64,000 nucleotides of DNA from Gammaproteobacteria bacterium (GTDB taxonomy: Bacteria; Pseudomonadota; Gammaproteobacteria; Natronospirales; REEB76), in NCBI GenBank assembly GCA_028870845.1, contig JAGWOR010000002.1:51624-115623 (forward strand). Reading direction: 5' to 3'. This document shows positions 9,731-18,351 of this stretch, piece after piece; positions within the stretch are counted from its first letter, which is position 1, and each line of letters opens with the position of its first letter. The notes beneath the pieces were generated by a model. It was not told the DNA's origin, did no database searches, and worked only from the letters and a program-made list of their open reading frames with translations. The translations under genes and the position numbers were made by a program.

Positions 9731-11887
9731 CTAGTTCCGCTTGGCAGCCGCCTGCGGGATGGACGGCATGCTGCCGATACCCATCTTCTCCATGTCAATG
9801 GTGATCTGCGCACTTTCCTGCAACAGCATGTCGGGTACCAGTAGATTTGAAGCGTTGGCGCCATCGGCAGCAGTGCCTGAGGCGGGCAGCTTATAGGCCT
9901 CGTCAAGGCTTTTTGCGGCGGGCAGCTTGCGTAATTTCCGCCAGTCATTGGCCAAGGTCAACTTGGCATCGTCAAGTTTGCGCTGCTGCAGTTTCCGTTC
10001 GCTGAGCAATAATGATACCGATTTGGTGTCACGTTCGGACTGCAACTGACGCAGCCCATCAAGGTATAGGGCCCACTCGGGAATTTTGAGGGTGCGCTGC
10101 GCATGCAGCTTGTTGAGTTCGGGAATTGATTTGTCGATGCCCAGGCTCAGCGGAGTGTATTTCGCAGGTGCGATCTGATCCCAGGGCAATGCATCCTCTT
10201 CGGTTTCTTCGCCAAATTCCTTGGAGCTGACTGGAGAAGGTAAAACGATATCTGGGGTTACGCCCTTTATCTGGGTGCTGGAGCCATTGACACGATAAAA
10301 TTTGTCTACCGTCAGTTTGAGTTCGCCCACGCTCTCGCTCCCCGGCAAGTACCTGCTGAGATCAATCAATCGCTGCACGGTGCCTTTCCCATATGTGGTG
10401 GATCCCACCACAAGTCCACGATGGTAATCCTGTATCGCGGCCGTGAAGATTTCCGAAGCCGACGCGGTTAGCCGGTTTACCAGCACCACCAGTGGGCCGG
10501 TATACACGACTGAGCTGTCATCGTCGTCATCCACTTCAACGTCGCCGCCGGTATCACGGATCTGCACCACAGGGCCGTGCGGGATAAACAGGCCGGTAAG
10601 CTTGGTGGCTTCATCCAATGCCCCGCCGCCGTTGTTGCGAAGGTCGATTACTACGCCACTCACGTGTTCAGCTTCGAGCTCCAGCAGCAGTTTACGGACA
10701 TCCCGAGTAGTACTTGTGTAGTTCTTTTCGCCTTCGGCGCGACCTTCAAAGTCGCTGTAGAAAATTGGTATGTTTACCACGCCAATCTTGTATGTCTGGC
10801 CGCCACGGTTAATGGTAACAATGCTCTTGTGTGCGGCTTGTGCTTCCAACTTCACGGTATCTCGTACCAGGCGGATGGTTTTTTCAGGTGATCCCGGGGC
10901 GGCGCCAGCCGGCAGTATTTGCAGCCTGACAATCGTGCCTTTGGGTCCGCGAATAAGCTGCACAACGTCGTCCAGGCGCCAGCCCACTACATCCACCATT
11001 TCTCCATGGTCACCCTGGGCAACGCCGGTAATACGGTCGTCGGGATGCAGTTCCTTGTCCCTTGCGGCGGGCCCACCCGGAATGATCTGCACGACCTTGG
11101 TATATTCGCCTTCGGAAACCAGTGATGCGCCAATTCCCTGGAATTTGAGGCTCATTTGAATCTGAAACTGTTGCGATTCGCTGGGCGAAAAATAATTACT
11201 GTGTGGATCCAGCGTAAGCGTGTATGAGTTCATGAACAGGTTGAATACATCTTCGGGTGCAACCTGGTGGGCACGATAATCGAAATTCTCATAGCGTTTA
11301 TGCAATATTGTGGCCGCCTGTTTCCACGATTTACCCGCCAGTAACAGGCCTATGACATCGTTTTTGACGCGCTTGCGCCAGATTTCATCCAGTTCAGCCA
11401 CGCTGCTTGCCCAAGGCAGCTTGCTGCGGTCATACACGTAGTCTTCGTTGACATTGAAATCCGGTTCATGATTCAGCAGGCGCAGCGCGTATTGGATGCG
11501 CTGTTGCACGCGCTGCTGATAGACGTTGTAAATGGCAAACGCCGGTTTCAGGTTGCCGGCTTGGATCGCGCCAACAAGATCTTTTTCATAATGCGCAAAA
11601 CCGTCGATGTCAGACTGCAGAAAATAGCTGCGGTTTGGATCAAGATTTTCCAGGTAGTGTGTAAATACCTGTTTGGACAGTTCGTTTGCCGGCGGCTGGT
11701 TGCCGTAGTGATAGCGGGTCAGAATGCCGGCTATCGCTTCATCCACCAGTGCCTGGCGTGGTTGCGGTTTTAAAACCGGTAATTGCGCAAGCGCAGTGCC
11801 TGCGGCAGGGGCCGGACTGAATGCATGGACATTCGCTGCGGCGAACATGCAGAGTGCAATCAACAGATTGAAATGCTTATTGCGCAT
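9731..11887 (-). CDS. prc: Carboxy-terminal processing (tail-specific) protease, S41 family
   Basis: Signal peptide, LDPHSNY, PDZ (GIGASL...GGPA), DLRNNGGG, ASASEIF catalytic Ser, TYGKGTVQ catalytic Lys. Confidence 0.95.
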   Translation of the reverse strand: MRNKHFNLLIALCMFAAANVHAFSPAPAAGTALAQLPVLKPQPRQALVDEAIAGILTRYHYGNQPPANELSKQVFTHYLENLDPNRSYFLQSDIDGFAHYEKDLVGAIQAGNLKPAFAIYNVYQQRVQQRIQYALRLLNHEPDFNVNEDYVYDRSKLPWASSVAELDEIWRKRVKNDVIGLLLAGKSWKQAATILHKRYENFDYRAHQVAPEDVFNLFMNSYTLTLDPHSNYFSPSESQQFQIQMSLKFQGIGASLVSEGEYTKVVQIIPGGPAARDKELHPDDRITGVAQGDHGEMVDVVGWRLDDVVQLIRGPKGTIVRLQILPAGAAPGSPEKTIRLVRDTVKLEAQAAHKSIVTINRGGQTYKIGVVNIPIFYSDFEGRAEGEKNYTSTTRDVRKLLLELEAEHVSGVVIDLRNNGGGALDEATKLTGLFIPHGPVVQIRDTGGDVEVDDDDDSSVVYTGPLVVLVNRLTASASEIFTAAIQDYHRGLVVGSTTYGKGTVQRLIDLSRYLPGSESVGELKLTVDKFYRVNGSSTQIKGVTPDIVLPSPVSSKEFGEETEEDALPWDQIAPAKYTPLSLGIDKSIPELNKLHAQRTLKIPEWALYLDGLRQLQSERDTKSVSLLLSERKLQQRKLDDAKLTLANDWRKLRKLPAAKSLDEAYKLPASGTAADGANASNLLVPDMLLQESAQITIDMEKMGIGSMPSIPQAAAKRN

Positions 11888-12517
11888 TCTGAAAAATTTC
11901 CTGTGTAATTTTAAGACTATGCTGCCGTTCAGGCGGGCGGGTAAATGATCATGCACTGACCGCATGAAAATATACTATGGGATGCATGGTGTGCAGGCGC
12001 GTACAGCCGCATATAACCAGCAAATAGTACCAGTTTATCCTGTCTTACAGGCTCCGCCCGGCATGATTTTGGCTGTCCGGCCTGACTGACCCTGTCCCCG
12101 GCGGGCCCATGGCCTGCAACTTGTCAGTCTTGGAACCGCTGGCTGCGGGAGCCGTTGTGGGCTTTGCGCCATAGGGTGTTTTCACGAGTGCATGCGGATA
12201 TCGCTATGGCCAACGGCAGCTGCCGGTGCGTCAGGAAATGGCGTGGACTGTATAAATCTTACACACGCTGTCCTGTGAATGGGCACAAGACTGCATGCCC
12301 TGCCCAAGCCGGACTGCAAATTCCAGGCGGCCTCGGGGTTAAGCGATATCGCTGGCTTGAGGCCGGGCGGGGTGTGGATGCGGGATTTTCCGGCATGCCG
12401 GCCTGCATTTTCCAGATTTATTCCCGATATATTTATAAATCCGGCCGGCGATTCGCTGATGCCGCGCGGGGCAAGCAAATGGCGAATAACCGGCTTTTTA
12501 TAGCAATCACATGCCTG

Positions 12518-12526
12518 TGCTAGAAT
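12518..12526 (+). promoter_or_regulatory. Candidate extended -10 promoter for exbB-exbD-tonB
   Basis: TGC-TAGAAT matches TGn-TAtAAT; no strong -35. Confidence 0.35.
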
Positions 12527-12764
12527 CTTCGTACTTGGGTAGCAAACCAGACTTTTCCGGTTGCAAGCTGATTAAACGGCATTAAAATCAGCCCGGGGTT
12601 GCCGCATCTTATTGACTTGACGTGGTGTATTCGAGTAAAAAGCGGGGCCCGAAAATGAGCTGAATGGTGCGTAGGCGCGACTGCCAGGATTCGATTGTCA
12701 CAGGGCGCTGATGCGCGTAGGTTAACACCGAACACCAAAATCCGGTATTGCAGGAGATCCATAA

Positions 12765-13376
12765 GTGAATATTCAAGAGATTCTTCATATTGCGAATGTC
12801 TCAGGTGGCGTGATCTGGCTCATCGTCTTGACCCTCCTGGTCGCACTCATGATCATCATCGACCGGACCTGGTACCTCGCCAAAGTCGTGAGGCAAGGCG
12901 AACTGATTGCACGCGTGATCTTGCAGTCAGAGGAAGTTGACCGCGACGCTCTCATGGATCTTGCGGTACGTACCGCCAAATACCCCCAGGGCGCGGTACT
13001 GGAAGTAGCCTTGAAGTATCCAGAGATCAAGGACCCGATCCGTCTTTCGGAGCTCATCGAGGAAACCATACTGTTGCAGGCTCCGCGTATCGACCGGTTC
13101 ATGTGGGTGCTGGATACAATCGTCACGCTCGATCCATTGCTGGGACTGTTGGGAACCATCGTGGGTATTTTCGAAGCCTTCCAGGTGCTGGGCGCCGCGG
13201 ACACCGCGCCTACCAAGGTCACCGGCGGTGTGGCGGTGGCGCTGATTGCGACCGCAGCAGGACTCGCAGTCGCCATCATCGGTCTTGTATTCTTCAACGG
13301 CCTTAACAACCGTGTCCGTCTGATCATGCATCAGATGGAAGCCATCAAGGTGATGTTGGTCAACCGCCTCACCTGA
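12765..13376 (+). CDS. exbB: MotA/TolQ/ExbB proton channel protein
   Basis: PLLGLLGTIVG and ALIATAAGL TM motifs; AGGAG SD; followed by exbD and tonB. Confidence 0.9.
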   Translation: MNIQEILHIANVSGGVIWLIVLTLLVALMIIIDRTWYLAKVVRQGELIARVILQSEEVDRDALMDLAVRTAKYPQGAVLEVALKYPEIKDPIRLSELIEETILLQAPRIDRFMWVLDTIVTLDPLLGLLGTIVGIFEAFQVLGAADTAPTKVTGGVAVALIATAAGLAVAIIGLVFFNGLNNRVRLIMHQMEAIKVMLVNRLT

Positions 13377-13450
13377 TGATTTTCGGGCTGGTCTCGGAAC
13401 ATGGTTAATACTCAACTGGCCGTTGCGAATGGCCAAGGCAGGTAGTTGAA

Positions 13451-13852
13451 ATGGCAAATGCATACATTGAAAAGAAGAAGGGCAGAATCGAGATCATCAA
13501 CATGATCGATATCATGCTCTTCCTGTTGGTGTTCTTCATCATGATTACGCTGCGCATGATACCCGCCACCGGCATTGCCTCTCACCTGCCCCAGAGCAGC
13601 ACGGCGGTGACCATTGAGCGGCCGAAAATCATCATCAGCCTGCCGGCGCACGGCCAAATCGTGGTTGAAGGGCAGTTGATGACGCCTGATCAGCTGACAT
13701 CCTATTTGCTTGGCCAGGATCCGGCGCATGCAAACGTCACAATCGCTGGCGCCAAAGACGTGTCTCTCCAGGATCTCGTGATAGCCATGGATGCATGCCG
13801 CGAAGCGGGGGTGACCCAGATCGGTATCGCCGCCAAAAATATCAACGATTAA
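13451..13852 (+). CDS. exbD: ExbD/TolR biopolymer transport protein
   Basis: IEIINMIDIMLFLLVFF with the conserved TM Asp; C-terminal MDA.R.AG...I.I. Confidence 0.92.
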   Translation: MANAYIEKKKGRIEIINMIDIMLFLLVFFIMITLRMIPATGIASHLPQSSTAVTIERPKIIISLPAHGQIVVEGQLMTPDQLTSYLLGQDPAHANVTIAGAKDVSLQDLVIAMDACREAGVTQIGIAAKNIND

Positions 13853-13868
13853 TCCATAGGGTTCAACT

Positions 13869-14525
13869 GTGGACAATAAGCATGTTTTTAGCGAAGGTCT
13901 GTTCAACGCACGGACTGGCGTATCGTTCATCCTGGCGATCATTGTTGAAGTGCTTCTGGCGCTGACGGTCGCCGGCCTCATCATCTGGCATGAATTGCAT
14001 CCCACGCCACCGCCACCACCGCCCAAGGTGGCCGTGGTAACCATACCGCCGAATCCGCCGCCGCCGCCGCCGCCGCCGCCCAAGACACCGTTGCCGAAGA
14101 TGCCGACGCCTCAGCCGTTGTCGGAGGTTCCGGCCATTCCCGTGCCTGTGCCGGTACCCAATGCCATCCCGCCACAGCCCCCGCAGCCGCCGATCATTCC
14201 ACGGCCACAGCCCAAAGTGGACATGGCTGCGATACGGGCGTCGTTCCTGTCTGAATTGGAACAATGCCTGCAGAACCGGGCAATCCAGCACTATCCGCGT
14301 GAAGCTTTGCTGGCGAGCCAAACTGGAACCGTGAAGGTGAGCTTTAAGTATCATGATGGGAAAATCAGCGATGCGAATATCGTCCGCTCCAGCAATGCGC
14401 GCTCACTGGATCGAGCTGCTTTAGAAGCGGTCCTGCAGGCGAGCTGTCCGCCTCCGCCAGCTGAATTTGCCGGACAAACCTTCATTTTCACCGTGCCAAT
14501 TGAATACACCCTGGGGGGATCGTAA
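13869..14525 (+). CDS. tonB: Energy transducer TonB
   Basis: N-terminal TM, Pro-rich spacer, C-terminal YP..A...G.V.V.F...G...SS...LDRAAL.AV. Confidence 0.92.
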   Translation: MDNKHVFSEGLFNARTGVSFILAIIVEVLLALTVAGLIIWHELHPTPPPPPPKVAVVTIPPNPPPPPPPPPKTPLPKMPTPQPLSEVPAIPVPVPVPNAIPPQPPQPPIIPRPQPKVDMAAIRASFLSELEQCLQNRAIQHYPREALLASQTGTVKVSFKYHDGKISDANIVRSSNARSLDRAALEAVLQASCPPPPAEFAGQTFIFTVPIEYTLGGS

Positions 14526-14579
14526 TCGCCAGGGAATGGCTGCCCTACGTCTATAAAAAATAAACCAAGACGCATAGAT

Positions 14580-14610
14580 AAGCCTGCTGAGATATCAGCA
14601 GGCTTTTTTT
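14580..14610 (+). terminator. Rho-independent terminator after tonB
   Basis: AAGCCTGCTGA-GATA-TCAGCAGGCTT plus T run. Confidence 0.85.
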
Positions 14611-14784
14611 ATATCGGGATATGCAGGGTTAAATTGCGGAAATTCGAGAATATTGAGATGTTGTGGGGGATTCTCTGGTATTTGCCCTGGTGATGCGGCA
14701 ATGGTGCCAATATCCGGTCATGAGGCAACTGTTTAATAGGGCAGTTATTTCTCTATCCACGTGGCGGGCAGATATTTTAAACAC

Positions 14785-14835
14785 GGCGATGCTGTTCGCC
14801 ACAAACCGCCTGAACTGGAGGCTGATCACTCCTGC
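14785..14835 (+). ncRNA. Fluoride riboswitch (crcB motif)-like aptamer, variant or degenerate
   Basis: GGCGATGCTGTTCGCC-ACAAACCGCCT...AGGCTGATCACTCCTGC versus consensus GGCGAUGGAGUUCGCC..AACCGC..GCUGAUGACUCCURC; P1 and P2 intact, three core substitutions. Confidence 0.7.
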
Positions 14836-15032
14836 AAAAGCCCCGTTTGCATGGGAGTTGTCCACCCACGTATCCTCAGCATGCGCTCGCTGGCTGTCTC
14901 CGGGTTAACCGCCCTGTAAAGCCTGTAGTCGCCAGGGCAGGTGGCGTCATGGCTGGTGATGTCCCACGGAGGCGCCCAATGAAAATAACCACAAGCAGCA
15001 TCTGACTCAGAAAGTACGCATAACTGGATCAC

Positions 15033-16214
15033 ATGAACAGCCAAAGGGTTAAAACGGGAAACGACGCGCGTCGTCAGGCCTTCCGTTTTGTTGTCAGCAT
15101 CGGCATCGTCAGTCTGTTTGCTGACTTCACGTACGAAGGCGGGCGCAGCATCGTGGGCCCGTATCTGGCGGTACTGGGCGTGGGTCCGGTATTCGTGGGT
15201 GTGGTGGCGGGTCTCGGCGAATTTCTGGGGTATGCCATCCGGTACTTTTCGGGGCGTTATGTAGACCGTACCCGGCGCAACTGGCAGGTGATGGGCGCAG
15301 GCTACACCCTCAACATGCTGGCGGTGCCGGCCCTGGCGCTGGCCCCGGTGGCCTGGCTCGCCGGCCTGCTGGTGATGCTGGAGCGCATCGGCAAGGGCAT
15401 TCGCAATCCCGCCAAGGATGCGTTGCTGTCGCGTGCCGGCCGCGAGCTCGGGCATGGGCGTGCCTTCGGGCTGCACGAATTCCTCGACCAGCTGGGCGCG
15501 GTGCTCGGCCCGCTGCTGGTGGCCGCGGTCGTGGCCTATGCGGGTTACCGGTGGGGGTTTGCGGTGTTGATCGTGCCGGCGCTGCTGGCATTAATTTTTT
15601 TGTGGCGGGCGCGCGGCCTGCAACCGGATCCGGCGCCGGCGCCTGCACCAGCCGATCCGGCGAAGTTCGGCCGGCGCTACTACCTCTACATGGCGTTCGC
15701 GGCCGTCTCCATCTTGGGCTTCTCGCATTTCATCCTGGTGTCCTATCATCTGGAGATCCATCACCTGCTGGCGCCGGCCATGATTCCGCTGCTGTTCGGC
15801 CTGGCCATGGGCACGGACGCGGTCGCCGCCCTGGTGGCCGGACATTTCTATGACCGCCACGGCCTCAAGGTGCTGTATGCCTTGCCGCTGCTGACGCTGC
15901 CGGCCGTGCCGCTGCTGTTCCTGGCCACACACCCGCTAGGGATCTGGGCCGGCGCAGCCTTGTGGGGCGCGGCCCTGGGCGTGCAGGAAAGCACGGTGCG
16001 CGCCGGGGTGGCCACGCTCACGCCTGAGCACCTGCGCGCCACGGCCTACGGCCTGTTCGACACGGTGTACGGCGCCGCCTGGTTTGTGGGCAGCGTGCTG
16101 ATGGGCGCGTTATACGCACTCGGACCGGTATGGCTGGTGCTGGCGGCGATCCTGCTGCAACTGCTATCACTGCCGCTGCTGGCGGTCATCGGACGGCGGC
16201 CCGCGGCGGCTTGA
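15033..16214 (+). CDS. MFS transporter
   Basis: About 12 hydrophobic segments, motif A GRYVDRTRR and repeat GHFYDRHGLK; SLFADFTYEGGRSI.GPYL N-terminus; visibly higher GC than flanks. Confidence 0.92.
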   Translation: MNSQRVKTGNDARRQAFRFVVSIGIVSLFADFTYEGGRSIVGPYLAVLGVGPVFVGVVAGLGEFLGYAIRYFSGRYVDRTRRNWQVMGAGYTLNMLAVPALALAPVAWLAGLLVMLERIGKGIRNPAKDALLSRAGRELGHGRAFGLHEFLDQLGAVLGPLLVAAVVAYAGYRWGFAVLIVPALLALIFLWRARGLQPDPAPAPAPADPAKFGRRYYLYMAFAAVSILGFSHFILVSYHLEIHHLLAPAMIPLLFGLAMGTDAVAALVAGHFYDRHGLKVLYALPLLTLPAVPLLFLATHPLGIWAGAALWGAALGVQESTVRAGVATLTPEHLRATAYGLFDTVYGAAWFVGSVLMGALYALGPVWLVLAAILLQLLSLPLLAVIGRRPAAA

Positions 16215-16476
16215 GCCTTTGCCGGATTGCCGCCGGCAGCGCTAGCGGTCGCCCGGCGGCGAATGCCTGAGCGGTTTTGCCCACAGACGCTTGCCTAAAA
16301 GCGCTTTGCGCCTGGGGGAATTCCCTAGCAGCGGGCTGGAAATGGCCAAAAATCCGGCCATTCCTGCGCCCTCAATAGGCAATCCAAGGGCCGGGCAGCA
16401 CTATTTCATGGCGTATTATGGTGATTGCCACCAGGGACCGGGCCGGCGAAATCCAGCCAAGCCACAAAGGGTTGCC

Positions 16477-16702
16477 GTGGTCCCATCCAATCCCGAAGCC
16501 CAAGCGCGAGACACCATTGATCGCCTGCTGAGTGCTGCGGGATGGAATGTTGTGGATCGCGATCAGGTGAATATCCATGCGGCCCGGGGCGTGGCCGTTC
16601 GGGAGTTTTCCCTCAAGCCCGGCCACGGCGAAGCGGACTATCTTCTTATATGTAGATGGGCAGGCGGCGGGTGTGATAGAAGCCAAGCAACCGGGCGTTA
16701 CG
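16477..16702 (+). pseudogene. hsdR: Type I restriction endonuclease R subunit, N-terminal fragment (frameshifted, truncated)
   Basis: PEAQARDTIDRLLSAAGW...GVAVREF.L..GHGEADYLL, then +1 shift near 16648 into YVDGQAAGVIEAKQPGVT (D...EAK nuclease motif); similarity ends there. Confidence 0.8.
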
Positions 16703-16771
16703 CAGCCTGCGCCATCGAACAACCACCCCGAATGACATCGCCATCATTTAATCAGAGGATCTGAAGCAGTT

Positions 16772-17026
16772 ATGGCCATAAAAAAATCAGATCTCTATTC
16801 CTCCCTGTGGGCCTCGTGCGACGAGCTGCGCGGCGGCATGGACGCCAGTCAGTACAAGGACTACGTGCTGTTCCTGCTGTTCATCAAGTACATCACCGAC
16901 AAGTACGGCAATAGCGCCGACTTCGCCCCGTCGGTCACGATCCCGAAGGGCGCGAGCTTCAAGGACATGCTCGAGCTGCGCGGCAAGAGCGACATCGGGG
17001 ACAAGATCAACACGCAAGTCATCGCC
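16772..17026 (+). pseudogene. hsdM: Type I R-M methyltransferase, N-terminal fragment
   Basis: MAIKKSDLYSSLWASCDELRGGMDASQYKDYVL..LF.KY..DKY (HsdM_N), cut after about 85 codons. Confidence 0.88.
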
Positions 17027-17657
17027 TTCCGGCCGCGTAACACTAGTCGCGCCGAAAGGTACTCGTCCAGAGGTAGCGCGCGCCTATGCGATCTCGAAAC
17101 TGGGTTGGATACGCGAACAACAATTGAAGCTGAAAAAGCAGGCGCGCGAAACGCCTCGCAGGTTCATTGAGCGCGAGAGTCATTATCTTTGGGGGCGCCG
17201 TTACCTGCTGTCCGTTGAGGCGCGGGAGATCAAGCCATTTGTTTGCCTCAATCATAAACGCATCACGCTGAGCGTGCGGCCGGGCAGTGATCAGGTCAAG
17301 CGCGCCGAGGTCATCCACGAATGGCACAAGAGTCTATTGCATGAAGTGGTGCCGTCGCTGATCAAGAAATGGGAACAGAAACTGAGGGTAAAAGTTGAGG
17401 GTTACTTTCTGCAAAGGATGAAAACCCAGTGGGGAAGCTGCAATCATGTTGCCGGGAACATCCGCCTCAATACCGAGCTGGTAAAGAAGCCGAAAGACCT
17501 GCTTGAATACGTGATCGTGCATGAGATGGTTCATCTGCTGGAGTCAACCCACAGCGAGCGCTTCATCGCCATCCTTCAGGAGCACTACCCAAGCTGGCGC
17601 GAAGCGCGCGCAGAACTGAATGAATTACCACTGACGGCGGAGGTATGGAAAGAATGA
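17025..17657 (+). pseudogene. 5'-truncated M48/YgjP (DUF45, SprT-like) zinc metallopeptidase of the type that follows type I R-M genes
   Basis: Frame open from 17025: PSGRVTLVAPKGTRPEVARAYAISKLGWI...MKTQWGSCN...EYVIVHEMVHL (HEXXH); native start lost. Confidence 0.8.
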
Positions 17658-17855
17658 GGGCTGGGCGACAGTCTTCAGTGCGTGAATCGGGGGCAGGTCT
17701 TGAAATAGCAGTTTCAAAATCATGGCCGGGGCGCAGCCGCGCAAGCCATTGGCCTCTCGGCAGAACGCGCACTGAATGGCCTGCGCAGCACCTGCACATC
17801 CATGCGCATGGGAATCTCACCCGCTACGCGGGTTCGATAGCACTGCTTCGACACG

Positions 17856-17896
17856 AAAATCAAAAAGGCCACCGCCGGGGTGGCCTGTTTGATTTT
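17856..17896 (-). terminator. Terminator of ssrA
   Basis: Long inverted repeat AAAATCAAA.AGGCCACC / GGTGGCCT.TTTGATTTT right after the tmRNA CCA. Confidence 0.85.
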
Positions 17897-17897
17897 A

Positions 17898-18270
17898 TGG
17901 TGGAGGCGGCGGGAATCGAACCCGCGTCCGCAAGTGCTCCGCCCTCAGCTCTACATGCGTAGCGCACGTCTTTGATTTAACTGGCGGCTACCCGACGGGC
18001 AGGGAAAACCGACAGCGAGTCCGGCATGTTTTAGCGGCCTGGCGCCGGATGCACCACGCCGCGATCTTGTGAGCACGACCTCTGAAGCGTCCCCGGAGGG
18101 ACTCTGGACGCACAAGCACGGCTCCAGTCAGAGGCTAGCCGGGATTAGGCGGCTAGGGCGTAGTTGCTATCGTTCGCAGCTAGCGTTGTTGCAAGACAGT
18201 TTAACGAGGAATCCTGCACCTCGGCATGCACTTCGGGTTTCGCGACCCACGTCGAAGCCTGGTCGCCCCC
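17898..18270 (-). ncRNA. ssrA: tmRNA, tag (A)ANDSNYALAA at 18177-18145
   Basis: 5' GGGGGCG pairs with 3' CGCCTCC-ACCA including G3:U70; T-arm GGTTCGATTCCC; tag ORF GCGAACGATAGCAACTACGCCCTAGCCGCCTAA; next to smpB. Confidence 0.97.
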
Positions 18271-18351
18271 AGCGTGTCGGCGTCTATCTTACCGGGAAAG
18301 TGGGGGCGCGGGCGGTTTTCTCAAGCGCTTGCGGCCGCGGGCCGCCGGCCC

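Noticed and set aside
12538-12606. Calling the exbB leader a c-di-GMP-I or cobalamin riboswitch
   Set aside because: No GNRA tetraloop or receptor, and no B12 box; kept only as an unclassified candidate
12155-12762. ORFs of 74-122 aa in the prc-exbB spacer
   Set aside because: Overlap on both strands, no SD, non-protein-like composition
14005-14190. CCG/CCA tandem repeats
   Set aside because: They encode the normal poly-proline spacer of TonB; not a CRISPR array or contingency locus
16291-17170. ORF-track calls 16291-16764 and 16772-17170 as intact genes
   Set aside because: Chimeric read-throughs of hsdR and hsdM fragments into unrelated frames
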